Shown here: piece after piece, positions 1 through 9,758 of the stretch
Numbering within the stretch: position 1 is the first letter of the stretch
Layout of the letters: every line of letters begins with the position of its first letter
Assembly: GCA_963736005.1 (NCBI GenBank)
Contig: CAVTNB010000001.1
Coordinates: 32,001 to 96,000, forward strand
Origin: an uncultured Pseudomonadota bacterium
GTDB lineage: Bacteria; Vulcanimicrobiota; Vulcanimicrobiia; Eremiobacterales; Eremiobacteraceae
Reading direction: 5' to 3'
DNA: 64,000 bases
Notes under the pieces: generated by a model
What the model was told of the DNA's origin: nothing
Seen by the model: the letters and a program-made list of their open reading frames with translations, nothing else
The model's database searches: none
Position numbers and translations under genes: made by a program

Positions 1-1
1 C

Positions 2-985
2 TTTGCCGCTGCGTGCTCGGGCGGTTCGAGCGCACTCCCGGGGCCCCTGGGTCCCCAGCCGACGAGTCCTCCCAACGCAACGCCCACTCCAAGCTCCGCT
101 CCATCGCCGTCACCGACGCCCGTTGGTACGACACCCGCGGAGCCGATGATCGATAGCTGCCAGGTCTTTCCTTCGGATAATCCCTGGAACACGGATATCT
201 CAAATTACCCGGTGGACCCCAACTCTGCGAACTATCTCGCGAGCATGAATGCATCGACGAAGAACCTGCACCCAGATTTCGGATCGAATCCCACGTACGG
301 AATCCCATACATTACCGTGCCTGGAACGCAGCCGAAAGTGCCCATCAACTTCACGGAGTACGGCGATCAAAGCGACCCTGGCCCATATCCATTTCCGGCA
401 AACGCTCCGGTGGAAGGTGGTTCTGGTTCAACCGGTGACCGGCACGTGCTCGTCATCGACCGCGACAATTGCGTTCTCTACGAAACATATTACTCGTTCT
501 ACGTTGGTCCCGGCTGGAATGCGGGCTCGGGTGCGATCTTCCATTTTAACTCGGATGCGTTACGCCCCGACGGATGGACCTCAGCCGATGCTGCCGGCTT
601 GCCGATCTTCGCGGGCCTCGTCCGCTACTACGAAGTGCAGCAAGGGGCGATCGATCACGCACTGCGATTTACGGTTCATCAGACACAACAAGGATTTATT
701 CACCCGGCGACCCATTGGGCGAGTAGTTCGACGAATGCCAACCTCCCGCCGATGGGGCTTCGCGTGCGCCTCAAGGCAAGTTATGACATTTCGCACTTCA
801 CGGGCGAATCAAAAGTCGTGCTCGTTGCGTTGAAGAAGTATGGCATGATCGTGGCCGACAATGGCTCTGACTGGTTCATTACCGGCGAGACGAACACAAA
901 TTGGAACGACAACGACCTAGACCAGCTCAAGACGGTTCCCGGAAGTGCATTTGAGGTCGTCAAGACAGGCCCGATCATTCACTAG
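2..985 (+). CDS. Putative lipoprotein, conserved hypothetical (5' end outside window)
   Basis: Frame is open from base 2: FAAAC lipobox, Pro/Ser/Thr linker, then a globular domain (NPWNTDIS...DAAGLPIFAGLVRY...HALRFT). Confidence 0.75.
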   Translation, partial: FAAACSGGSSALPGPLGPQPTSPPNATPTPSSAPSPSPTPVGTTPAEPMIDSCQVFPSDNPWNTDISNYPVDPNSANYLASMNASTKNLHPDFGSNPTYGIPYITVPGTQPKVPINFTEYGDQSDPGPYPFPANAPVEGGSGSTGDRHVLVIDRDNCVLYETYYSFYVGPGWNAGSGAIFHFNSDALRPDGWTSADAAGLPIFAGLVRYYEVQQGAIDHALRFTVHQTQQGFIHPATHWASSSTNANLPPMGLRVRLKASYDISHFTGESKVVLVALKKYGMIVADNGSDWFITGETNTNWNDNDLDQLKTVPGSAFEVVKTGPIIH

Positions 986-1028
986 TCCGAATGAGCCCCG
1001 GACAGGGTGTGCCTCCGAGGTAGCATTC

Positions 1029-1574
1029 ATGAAATTTCCTTGGTTGTTGATTGGGGTCGCGGCCGGAGCCATAGCGGTTCTTGCCGTTGCAGGACCGGCG
1101 AGCGCGCTCTCCGTGGGAGACACGGCGCCCGATTTCACCGCTGACTCAACGCTAGGCGGCAAGGTGAGCTCGTTCAACCTCAAAGACGCACTGGCCAAGC
1201 ACGCCATCGTGCTGTATTTTTTTCCCAAAGCGTTTACCGCTGGCTGAACCATCGAGGCGAAAGCCTACGCCGCCAGGTTGGCGGATTTTGAAAAGCTCGG
1301 GGCCGAAGTGGTTGGTATTTCTCCAGATGACGTGAAGACGCTCGCCGATTTTCAAGAAAAAACACCCGCGCCGCAACGATTCGTCAGCGACGCGAACCGT
1401 ACGGTCATCAAAGCCTACGGGGTTGAAATCGGTGTTGGGTCCTTGACGCTCGCCAAACGTGAAACGTTTGTGATCGGCAAAGACGGTAAGATACTCTTTA
1501 GCTATTTCGATTGGAGTCCGTTGACCAACGTCAACAAGACATACGCATGGTTACAGCAACACCCGCAAAATTGA
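1029..1574 (+). CDS. Exported BCP/AhpC-TSA peroxiredoxin, probable selenoprotein (UGA at 1245-1247)
   Basis: ORFs 945-1247 and 1278-1574 are in the same frame. Read-through gives YFFPKAFTAG-U-TIEA, the PxxxTxxC peroxidatic motif. Signal peptide present; conserved Arg in KRETFVI. Confidence 0.85.
1270..1284 (+). promoter_or_regulatory. Candidate bacterial SECIS hairpin
   Basis: CCGCCA-GGT-TGGCGG stem-loop starting 22 nt after the UGA, with G-first apical loop similar to the E. coli fdhF SECIS. Confidence 0.6.
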
Positions 1575-1580
1575 GATATC

Positions 1581-1640
1581 GTGTCGTGAATTTACTCACG
1601 GCCACACGAAAATGTGGCGTCGTGAATTCATTCACGACGT
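1581..1640. repeat. REP-like palindrome doublet (GTGG variant)
   Basis: GTGGCCGTGAGTAAATTCACGAC on the minus strand and GTGGCGTCGTGAATTCATTCACGAC on the plus strand, in inverted arrangement. Confidence 0.55.
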
Positions 1641-2143
1641 TCTTGTGCTGCGCGGGGTTGATCGTGGCCTCGCTCGCGCTTGCAGCGCGTGTCTGGGCGG
1701 CGGCCCCACCACACGTGGGATCACCCGCGCCGGCCTTTTCGCTGCCTATCGTGGCGAATGGCGGTGGCACCGTTTCGCTCGATTCACTGAAAGGTCACGC
1801 CGTCTATCTCAACTTCTTTGCGACCTGGTGTCAGCCGTGCAAAGAAGAGGTGCCGTACATTTCAAAACTTTCGCAGCAATTCGCAAAGCGCAACGTGGTG
1901 GTCATCGGCGTGGACGAACTTGAATCCGCGGACAAAGTCAAGCAATTTGCGCAGCAGTATAAGCTTGCCTACAAATTGACGCTCGATAGCGGCGGCGACG
2001 TCGGTGGTAACTACGGGCTTTTGGGTCTGCCTTTGCACGTTTTTATAGCCCCAAACGGTACTGTGGCCGCGTATCGGGTGGGAGAGATGTCGGAGGCGCA
2101 GGTCCGCGCCGCGCTGCAGGCAGCAAGCTCTGCCCACACCTGA
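1622..2143 (+). CDS. TlpA/ResA-family thiol-disulfide oxidoreductase, exported
   Basis: LNFFATWCQPC motif, GLP cis-Pro loop, N-terminal hydrophobic segment. Start codon uncertain. Confidence 0.85.
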   Translation: MNSFTTFLCCAGLIVASLALAARVWAAAPPHVGSPAPAFSLPIVANGGGTVSLDSLKGHAVYLNFFATWCQPCKEEVPYISKLSQQFAKRNVVVIGVDELESADKVKQFAQQYKLAYKLTLDSGGDVGGNYGLLGLPLHVFIAPNGTVAAYRVGEMSEAQVRAALQAASSAHT

Positions 2144-2144
2144 T

Positions 2145-2169
2145 GTAGTCGCGCGAATTTATTCGCACG
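2145..2169 (+). repeat. GTAG-type REP palindrome
   Basis: GTAGTCGCGCGAATTTATTCGCACG. Confidence 0.7.
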
Positions 2170-2176
2170 TCACCGC

Positions 2177-2505
2177 ATGGCGCAAGAATATAATTTCTTA
2201 ACGCCATGGCGCTTCGATGGGGCAACAATCTTCGAAGTTGCTGACATCCTGGAGGATACGGCGTCCTTGCCGCGCTGGTGGCCTGATCTCTATGGGTCCA
2301 CGCTGACCTCGACCGGCGACCTCATCGGCACGGGGATCTGGCGACTCGCGGAACGAGACGGCGGCTGGAGAAGCCTTTGTTGCGGCTCATTTCGCCGCTC
2401 GTGCGTTCCTTTCTCGCGAACAATCACGAGTGGTCGATGCAGCGCGGCGAAGAAGGGTTGCGTCGCGAAATCTTCCGGCGGCGCAAAGTGCCCACGCGCG
2501 AATAA
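2177..2505 (+). pseudogene. Degenerate SRPBCC/polyketide-cyclase family gene
   Basis: N-terminus YNFLTPWRF...LPRWWP and, in another frame, C-terminus KPLLRLISPLVRSFLANNHEWSMQRGEEGLRRE*. The middle appears deleted. Confidence 0.65.
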
Positions 2506-2519
2506 ATTCGCGCGACTAC
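2495..2519 (-). repeat. GTAG-type REP palindrome
   Basis: Reverse complement is GTAGTCGCGCGAATTTATTCGCGCG; it overlaps the stop codons of both convergent genes. Confidence 0.7.
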
Positions 2520-2887
2520 ATTATCTTGAGCAGGCTGAGGACGACTGCGATGCCCAAAAGAGAGGTTGCCACGCCAACAATCAGATTGCTCGCAGCGCTT
2601 GGACGAAATTGGTCCTTCGTTAGATCGCGCGTCGTGGAGTAAAAGCGCCAGACCCCGAAGATCGCAAGCAGACATCCAAACACAGCAAAAGCCAATCCCA
2701 AACGCTCACTGCCTAAAGGCGACGACACTGTTGCTGCGCCAGGGAGGACCCGAAGGAACAGTCCAAACCGCGAGATGACAAACCCAAAGGCCATAACAGA
2801 AAGCGACGTTCTGACATATGCCAGAAACGTTCGTTCGTTTGCCAAAAAATCGGTTGGCCTCGAGGGCCCAAAGGGCGGCACGCTCAT
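2516..2887 (-). CDS. YidH/DUF202 family inner membrane protein
   Basis: DFLANERTFLAYVRTSL signature and three hydrophobic helices. Confidence 0.9.
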   Translation of the reverse strand: MSVPPFGPSRPTDFLANERTFLAYVRTSLSVMAFGFVISRFGLFLRVLPGAATVSSPLGSERLGLAFAVFGCLLAIFGVWRFYSTTRDLTKDQFRPSAASNLIVGVATSLLGIAVVLSLLKIM

Positions 2888-2991
2888 TCCTGGCGCGGTT
2901 CCATTTGTTTCGTCTTGAATCCCGGCTGTTCGACAAGGCACAGCAGCGGCGTGCGCACAACTATTCTCCGGTGCAGCTGGCGGTAAGGGGA

Positions 2992-5277
2992 ATGCAGTTT
3001 CTCGTGGCAGCGCTTGTGTTGCTGTCACCGAGCACATCGCTGCTCGCCGCCTCGAGCGTCATGCTACCAAACGGCTGGCATGTGACGCCGGCTGGCTCGA
3101 TCGCACCGCTCGGCACGCTGCCTCTCCATATGGTTGAAGATCCCTCTGGTCGATGGCTCGCCATCACGACTGGAGGTTACGGAGCGGTGGCCATCTCTTT
3201 GGTCGACGAGCAAACCGGCAGAGTCGTCTCGAGTGTGCCGGTCCCTGGGGCCTTCTATGGACTCGCGTTTTCGGGGCAATTGCTGTATGCATCCACGGCA
3301 AACGGCAACACCATCGAGCGCTACAAGATCGCACGAGATACGGGGGCTCTTTCAAGCGCGGGATCCATCACGCTCGGCACGGGCGATCTTTGGATTTCCG
3401 GGCTGGCGGCAACCAGCGGCATGCTATATGCTGCCGAGCTCGATGCCGATCAGCTCGTCGCCATCGATGCGGGCCGAGGCAACCAAGTCTGGTCGACCAA
3501 GGTCGGCAAGGCCCCATATGCTGTCGTGCTATCGCCCGACAACCAGACACTCTACGTTAGCAATTGGGCGTCGTCTTCGGTTTCGGTTGTGAACGCACGG
3601 AGTGGAAAACTCGAGAAAGAAATTACCGTCGGCGCACACCCCAATGCCGAATTATTGTCTCGCGATGGCGAGCAGCTCTACGTTGCGTGCGCCAACAGCG
3701 ATACCGTCGCCGAGATCGACACAAAGAAGCAGGCCCTGCACGCGACCATCGACGCGAACATCTATCCCCACGCACTCGAAGGCGCAACGCCAAACGGTCT
3801 CGCCCTGTCGCCATACGGCAGGACGCTTTTTGTGGCGGACGCGGGCGACAACGCAATCGTCGCAGTGGATCTGACGACCAGCACCCCTACCGCATTCGGT
3901 GCGATTCCGACAGGTTGGTATCCGACAGACGTCACTGTGTCAAGGGATGGCCAGAAAATTTACGTTCTCGATGGGAAGGGCGTGTCAGGCCACCCAAATC
4001 CGTTCTATGCGCATTCCGACGTCATCGCGCATGGCGCCCCTCGAGATGACCGTTACTACGTGGCTGCGCTTGCCACCGGCGATCTCGAAATGCTGCCCTT
4101 GTCAAATCACGCGAGCCTGGTCGCGGGGCTCGCTGCCGTCCGACTGAACTCGCCTTACAAACCAAAATTGCCGATGACCGTCGAGTTGCCAAAGAACGTG
4201 CACGTTATCTACATCATTAAGGAAAATCGGACCTACGATGAAGTGCTGGGTGACGATCCTCGTGGCAATGGGGATTCGGATCTGACGATTTTCGGCAGGC
4301 GCGTCACGCCGAATATTCACCGGCTTGCGCAGTCGTTTGTCCTGTTGGATAATTTCGACACGGACGCCGCCGTCAGCGCAGATGGCCATAACTGGAGCAC
4401 GGCCGCCTACGCGAGCGATTGGGTTGAGAAGTTCTGGCCCCCCGAATACTCCGGCCGACGGCCGACCTACGACTTCGAGGAACGCGGCCCGGCATCGCCT
4501 CAAGCAGGATATCTTTGGAACGATGCGATCGAGCACGGCGTGACCTTTCGCGATTATGGCGAATTTCTCAAACTGGGCGGCGATGCGCCGTTTGCCCCTT
4601 CCGATCCGTCGCTAGATGGTTGGATCGACCCGAATTACCGAGGATTCGATCTGCACCACTCGGATCAAGAGCGGATAGAAGAATGGCTGCGCGAGTTTCG
4701 CCAGTTCGTCGCAGACGGGAAGTTGCCACAACTGGAAATCGTTCGACTGCCGAGCGATCATACCGCGGCGACCAGGCCCGGCTATAAGACACCGTATGCC
4801 ATGCTGGCGGACAATGACTATGCGGTCGGGCGTCTGGTGGACGCCGTGAGCCACAGCTCATATTGGGCGAATACCATCATTTTCAGTGTGGAGGACGATG
4901 CACAAGCCGGACCGGATCACGTCAGCGACCACCGCGCCGAAGCGTTGATTGTCGGCGGTCCTATTAAGCGGGGCCTCGTCGATCACACGCATTACACGAC
5001 CTCAAGCGTCTTGCGGACGATCGAGTTGCTCTTGGGTCTCCCGCCGATGAGCCAATTCGACGCTGGAGCAACCCCGATGACCTTTGACTTTGCGAACCAG
5101 GGGAACGCGGAACCGTGGACCGCCTCGAAACCGCTCATCGATCTTACGAGTGTGAATTCCGGCAGCAATCCGGACGCAAAGACATCGCAATCGTTGAATC
5201 TGAACGAAGCCGATGCCGCCGATCCGTCAACGCTCACCGCAATCTTGTTTCGCTTCGCCAAGGCGCACAAACACTAG
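2992..5277 (+). CDS. Secreted YVTN/YncE beta-propeller plus phosphoesterase (alkaline-phosphatase-like) fusion
   Basis: Signal peptide, repeated VG..P....SPD...LYV blades, and HVIYIIKENRTYD, SADGHNW, EDDAQAGPDHV motifs. Confidence 0.85.
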   Translation: MQFLVAALVLLSPSTSLLAASSVMLPNGWHVTPAGSIAPLGTLPLHMVEDPSGRWLAITTGGYGAVAISLVDEQTGRVVSSVPVPGAFYGLAFSGQLLYASTANGNTIERYKIARDTGALSSAGSITLGTGDLWISGLAATSGMLYAAELDADQLVAIDAGRGNQVWSTKVGKAPYAVVLSPDNQTLYVSNWASSSVSVVNARSGKLEKEITVGAHPNAELLSRDGEQLYVACANSDTVAEIDTKKQALHATIDANIYPHALEGATPNGLALSPYGRTLFVADAGDNAIVAVDLTTSTPTAFGAIPTGWYPTDVTVSRDGQKIYVLDGKGVSGHPNPFYAHSDVIAHGAPRDDRYYVAALATGDLEMLPLSNHASLVAGLAAVRLNSPYKPKLPMTVELPKNVHVIYIIKENRTYDEVLGDDPRGNGDSDLTIFGRRVTPNIHRLAQSFVLLDNFDTDAAVSADGHNWSTAAYASDWVEKFWPPEYSGRRPTYDFEERGPASPQAGYLWNDAIEHGVTFRDYGEFLKLGGDAPFAPSDPSLDGWIDPNYRGFDLHHSDQERIEEWLREFRQFVADGKLPQLEIVRLPSDHTAATRPGYKTPYAMLADNDYAVGRLVDAVSHSSYWANTIIFSVEDDAQAGPDHVSDHRAEALIVGGPIKRGLVDHTHYTTSSVLRTIELLLGLPPMSQFDAGATPMTFDFANQGNAEPWTASKPLIDLTSVNSGSNPDAKTSQSLNLNEADAADPSTLTAILFRFAKAHKH

Positions 5278-5459
5278 TTTTTTCTCTTTCGTTCTCATCA
5301 AGCTTTAAGAAATCTCCGAGATTCTCAGGAACTCGTAGCACCTATGGTTGCGTTAGGTCAACAGTGTGCGAGTTCTCACATAATTTTCACGCTAGAACAT
5401 GGCTGTCGGGATACTATCTTAGTAGACTGAATCCGAATACCACTGTGAGGCCTTTCGAA

Positions 5460-7268
5460 ATGCAAAACAAATATATAAAGAGCAATTGGAAAATCTTCCC
5501 GCTTTCTTTGAGTTTGTTTATCGCCCTTGGGTGCTGCGCCACATTGTCAACGCAAGCAAAAGCGGATGACACGACCGATGCCGGCAGCAGCGTTGCAAGG
5601 ATCAGCGTCCTGCACGGCAACGTCACGATGCAGCGCGGCGATTCAGGCGACACAGTGGCAGCAAGCATTAACGCGCCGGTGAACGTTGGCGACTATCTCT
5701 CCACGCCAGCTGGCGATTCGCGCGCCGAAGTACAGCTCGATGCGAACGATTTCGTTCGCGTGGGCGCCAACTCGCAGCTGCGCTTCACGCAGCTCGATGC
5801 GAACAACGAGACGTTGCAGCTGGCTGCCGGCACGATCGAGTTGCGCATGTTCAAATACGTCGCCGATCCACAAGTGGACACCCCGTCGATTAGCATTCGG
5901 CCGAACGTCGCGGGCCAGTACCGCGTTTCTGTCGCGAGCGATGGGAGCACGACGTTTACCGTTCGCTCGGGTAGCGCGGATCTTTTAGCGCCGCAGGGCA
6001 GGCAGACGATCGGCGCCGGACTTACAGTCGTCATTAGCGGAACGTCGTCCAACCCGGTCATTCGACCAGTCGCGGTCGTTGCGTACGATGATTTTGATTC
6101 ATGGAACGCGCAACGCGATCAATATGCGCAGCAAGCCTACAGCGATCAGTACATCAACCCCGACATGGTTGGCGCAGACGATCTGAATGCAGACGGCCAT
6201 TGGGTATGGGAACCGGACTATGGCAACGTTTGGGTTCCCTACGGGGTCGCGCCAGGTTGGGCTCCCTATCATGACGGTCGTTGGGCTTGGGAGCCGTATT
6301 ACGGTTGGACCTGGGTTGGCTACGAGCCATGGGGTTGGGCGCCCTACCACTATGGTCGCTGGTTGTACACCGGTGGCTACGGGTGGGCTTGGTATCCTGG
6401 TCCCGTGTACGTTCGCCCCGTGTACCGGCCAGCGCTGGTTGCGTTCTTCGGTTTCGGCAGCGGTGGATCAAGCTTCAGCCTCGCCTTTGGCAACGTCGGC
6501 TGGGTGCCGCTTGCGCCATACGAACCCTTCCATCCATGGTGGGGTCCGACGATCGTTAATCGCACGGTTATCAACATCACCAACGTGAACGTCACGAACG
6601 TCAACGTCACTCACATCTATCGCAACGCGCTCGTAAGGAATGGTGTAGCTGTCGTGTCGCATGCGAACTTCACCGATGGGACGTCGTATCACTATGTGGC
6701 GGTCCGTCCTGAGGATCTCCGTTCAGTGTCGCTCGTCAAGAGCGCGGTGCCGATAGTGCCAACCCGGCAAAATCTGTCGTTCACGAAAGTCGAGCCGGGC
6801 CACGCAGTCGTCGCGGCGCCGGTCTCCCCGCACTTTGCGCGACTCTCGGCGCCGACCAAGCTACCACCGTCCTTCGATTCGCAACAAAAGGCAATCGAAG
6901 CATCAACCACGCGCGACTATCACGCAAACGGAGCGTCACCGAAGCTCCCGGCTGGCAATGGAATCCAGACGAAGTCCACCACTGGCAGCGCACCATCGCA
7001 AGGAGGGGCTCCGTCCTCCGCATGGGGTCGGTTCAATGCCAACCGAGGGACTGCGGCGCACGTCGATGCACCGGCAGGAGCAGCGGCAGGGGCGGGCGCG
7101 CCTTCTAACCCGGGCTTAAAGGATCGCTGGACCAAGTTTGCTCCCGCAAACAACGTCTACACTGCCAATCCTGGTGGCGCGACCCATCATCCCCAGAGCG
7201 TCAACCCGCACCACGGTGCCACAAAACAAAAGAAGCCAACCGGTTCAAAGAAGCCCGGTGGCGGCTAA
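5460..7268 (+). CDS. Secreted FecR-like plus DUF6600 domain protein with low-complexity tail
   Basis: Signal peptide, FecR-like beta region (RAEVQLD...LAAGTIEL), W/Y/G/P repeats (GWAPYHDGRW, WGWAPYHYGRW). Confidence 0.8.
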   Translation: MQNKYIKSNWKIFPLSLSLFIALGCCATLSTQAKADDTTDAGSSVARISVLHGNVTMQRGDSGDTVAASINAPVNVGDYLSTPAGDSRAEVQLDANDFVRVGANSQLRFTQLDANNETLQLAAGTIELRMFKYVADPQVDTPSISIRPNVAGQYRVSVASDGSTTFTVRSGSADLLAPQGRQTIGAGLTVVISGTSSNPVIRPVAVVAYDDFDSWNAQRDQYAQQAYSDQYINPDMVGADDLNADGHWVWEPDYGNVWVPYGVAPGWAPYHDGRWAWEPYYGWTWVGYEPWGWAPYHYGRWLYTGGYGWAWYPGPVYVRPVYRPALVAFFGFGSGGSSFSLAFGNVGWVPLAPYEPFHPWWGPTIVNRTVINITNVNVTNVNVTHIYRNALVRNGVAVVSHANFTDGTSYHYVAVRPEDLRSVSLVKSAVPIVPTRQNLSFTKVEPGHAVVAAPVSPHFARLSAPTKLPPSFDSQQKAIEASTTRDYHANGASPKLPAGNGIQTKSTTGSAPSQGGAPSSAWGRFNANRGTAAHVDAPAGAAAGAGAPSNPGLKDRWTKFAPANNVYTANPGGATHHPQSVNPHHGATKQKKPTGSKKPGGG

Positions 7269-7288
7269 CCCGTAGAGGAGCGATACCG

Positions 7289-7312
7289 GGTCGGGCACTG
7301 CGCCCGGCCCGA
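7289..7312. terminator. GC-rich hairpin between convergent genes
   Basis: GGTCGGGC-ACTGC-GCCCGGCC followed by a T-rich stretch. Confidence 0.45.
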
Positions 7313-7319
7313 TTTGTAT

Positions 7320-8093
7320 TTAGTGGCCCGCCGCAGCGGCGCGCGTGTCAGAAACCAGATCGAATCGAAGCGTCAGCATTCGATCTCTCGACGTCTGAGA
7401 AGCGGCTAGGTTTTCTGTCGCCGCACCGTTCGTCGATGAACTCATCCTTTTGGTTACGCGCCCGGACAGGGGGACGAGGGTGGTTGCCTCATATTGGATT
7501 GTGCCTTCCGTGTATACGTCATAATTCTTAATCGTCTGCTTCTTTTGAATGGTGACGATGCTCCCGTTCACGGCGCTGACGGAGTAATCAGTCGTCACGT
7601 TGCCGTTCATATACGGCTGATTCGTTTGCCAGCGCGTGGAAGTGTCGAGACCATCGGATGGAGCGAACTTTGTGCCGAAATACGAAAGCAGTTCTCGCGT
7701 CACGTCGTGGATCGTCGACTGCGGGAACTGAACGGTGCCATCGGGCGCAACGGCGCCATCAAAGGTTAAGGGGCGGGCGATGCCATTCCACTGCTCGGTG
7801 ACCTGGATGCCTAACGTGCCGTCGGGCGCCACGGCCATGATGTCGACGGTGACGGTCCCGGTGTTGCCGGTCGAGCCGCTGGAGCCCGGCGGCGCCGCAT
7901 TATAACTGCCGATGACCCCAGACGGGTCTGGATTAAAGCCGCCATACGATTCGCTCGTGTCGTTGATCTGCAGATTTGCAACCACTTTGTACACGACTTC
8001 ACGCAATGGCTTGTAAGTGGGCTGGCCCGCTGACGGGGCGGGCGTCGATGTTGCCACCGCAGTCACGGCTGCCAAAACAATTGCAGCAAGCAT
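7320..8093 (-). CDS. Secreted hypothetical protein
   Basis: Signal-like N-terminus MLAAIVLAAVTAVA, beta-rich body, dominant ORF in the region. Confidence 0.7.
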   Translation of the reverse strand: MLAAIVLAAVTAVATSTPAPSAGQPTYKPLREVVYKVVANLQINDTSESYGGFNPDPSGVIGSYNAAPPGSSGSTGNTGTVTVDIMAVAPDGTLGIQVTEQWNGIARPLTFDGAVAPDGTVQFPQSTIHDVTRELLSYFGTKFAPSDGLDTSTRWQTNQPYMNGNVTTDYSVSAVNGSIVTIQKKQTIKNYDVYTEGTIQYEATTLVPLSGRVTKRMSSSTNGAATENLAASQTSRDRMLTLRFDLVSDTRAAAAGH

Positions 8094-8227
8094 TGGATTC
8101 ACTCCGGATTTCTCTAACGAATTCTCTTGCGGCGCCTGATGTTCGATGCCGCTCAAAAAGACCGTTAGACGACCAATGCGCGGCTCCTTGGCCCTGCCGT
8201 CAAACCGAGTCCCAGCTGGCCTAGCGC

Positions 8228-9751
8228 TTAGGGTTGCCAGCGCTCTGCGTGATAGTACGGGGTTTCCAAACTAGGTCCGAATCCGCGCATGCCAGCAGGG
8301 ATGGCTTCGATCTCGCGCAGTTGCGCGATGGCCACGAAGGGAACGTCGCGTGCCACCGCATCTTGCACTGAAGCGTAGTCGCGAATACGCCGCAGGCGGT
8401 CGTTCGTGACTAACGCATCGTTCAGAGCCCGATCGACTTGAGGTTCGCAAAAGCGCGTCACGTTATACCCGGCAGGCGGTATCTGCGAGCAGGCGAGCAG
8501 CCAGGAGGTTTCCGGATCCGCGCCCGTGAGGATCTCGTGCAACGCGAGTTGATAGTTGCCAGACGCCAGCGGTCCGGCGTCAGTTGAGGTGGCTTCAAAC
8601 TGCTGCGCGGAATAGGTCCGAATCGCGAGCGCAACTCCCGCGCGACGTGCCTCTTGCTGCATGATCACCGCCAGCGTGCGCTCCAGTTGGCGCGTGCCAT
8701 CGATCGAGATCGTGAGGCTGGAAGGTAAGCTGGCAAAAGACGCAGGCGCGCTCCTTGACACGTAGGCCCACGTGAAGAGACCTCGCGCCGCTTCGTGGGA
8801 GTCAAGGATGCCGTGTGACGCGAGCGCGACATCGCGCCCGAAATCAAACGCATGCGCAATGGTCCGGCGCACGGGGGCATCGCGCAAAGCTGCATCGCGT
8901 GTTTGCATGCTCAAACACAGAAAGCCATAGATCGGCACGATCCGAAGCTGCAGTCGCCGATTAGCGCGCAATTGCGCCAGCACGAAGGGATCGGCGGCGA
9001 GATACGCGTTCGCCTCACCAGTCTGCAAGCGCAGCACGATGGTTTGCTGACTCGGCACGAATTGAATGCGCAAGCGTGCGATCTTCGGCGCGCCGCCGAA
9101 GTAGTCGGCGTTGGCCGCTAACTGTAAACTGTCAGCTCGGTGCCACGCCTCGACGCGAAACGGTCCGGTGCCGATCGGCGTGGCGTCGAAAATAGAGCCG
9201 CTCAGGGAATGGATCCGTGCGAGCACGTGCGCTGGGAGAATTGGATAATTCTCGGTTTCAAAAAAATAGGTGAGAAATGGGGCGAAGCGTCCGCGCAACT
9301 GCACGCGTAAGGTTGTTGCATCGAGCGCCCGGATGTCGGCGACCTGGTCGAAACCGAGACGCGTTGGCACGGGATTGCGGGGATCCATGACCGCGCGAAA
9401 GGTCGCGACGACATCCGCTGCGGTAAACGGCGCTCCATCTTGCCAGCGCACGCCGCGGCGCAAGTGGTAGAGAATCGTCTTTCCGTCGGGGGAGATGTCA
9501 CCGTTCGCGCTGGTCGGAACCCGCGCCGCGAGGTCGGGCTCGAGTTGCCCATGCGAGTCTATTCGAACGAGGTAGGAGTAGACGAGCGATCCTATTTGTT
9601 CGGCTGTGGGGCCGCTCGCAAGCAGCGGGTCGAGGGTGCGCGGTTCGGACGTTTGCGCGATGACAAAGGTCGGCGGGCCGCCGGGGGCGACGGTGCGCGC
9701 GCACCCAGCGAACTGCACCGCAACGAGTGCAGCCAAGGCCAGAGCTCGCAA
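8228..9751 (-). CDS. Peptide/nickel ABC transporter substrate-binding lipoprotein (SBP family 5)
   Basis: FAGC lipobox, LRRGVRWQDGAPFTAADV and PIGTGPF motifs. TTG start inferred. Confidence 0.85.
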   Translation of the reverse strand: MRALALAALVAVQFAGCARTVAPGGPPTFVIAQTSEPRTLDPLLASGPTAEQIGSLVYSYLVRIDSHGQLEPDLAARVPTSANGDISPDGKTILYHLRRGVRWQDGAPFTAADVVATFRAVMDPRNPVPTRLGFDQVADIRALDATTLRVQLRGRFAPFLTYFFETENYPILPAHVLARIHSLSGSIFDATPIGTGPFRVEAWHRADSLQLAANADYFGGAPKIARLRIQFVPSQQTIVLRLQTGEANAYLAADPFVLAQLRANRRLQLRIVPIYGFLCLSMQTRDAALRDAPVRRTIAHAFDFGRDVALASHGILDSHEAARGLFTWAYVSRSAPASFASLPSSLTISIDGTRQLERTLAVIMQQEARRAGVALAIRTYSAQQFEATSTDAGPLASGNYQLALHEILTGADPETSWLLACSQIPPAGYNVTRFCEPQVDRALNDALVTNDRLRRIRDYASVQDAVARDVPFVAIAQLREIEAIPAGMRGFGPSLETPYYHAERWQP

Positions 9752-9758
9752 TTGCGCA

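Noticed and set aside
5115..5459. Long N-terminal ORF extensions (also 2818-2991, 9752-10030, 20141-20272, 35120-35206)
   Set aside because: They overlap neighbouring genes or intergenic signals; signal peptides or RBS point to later starts.
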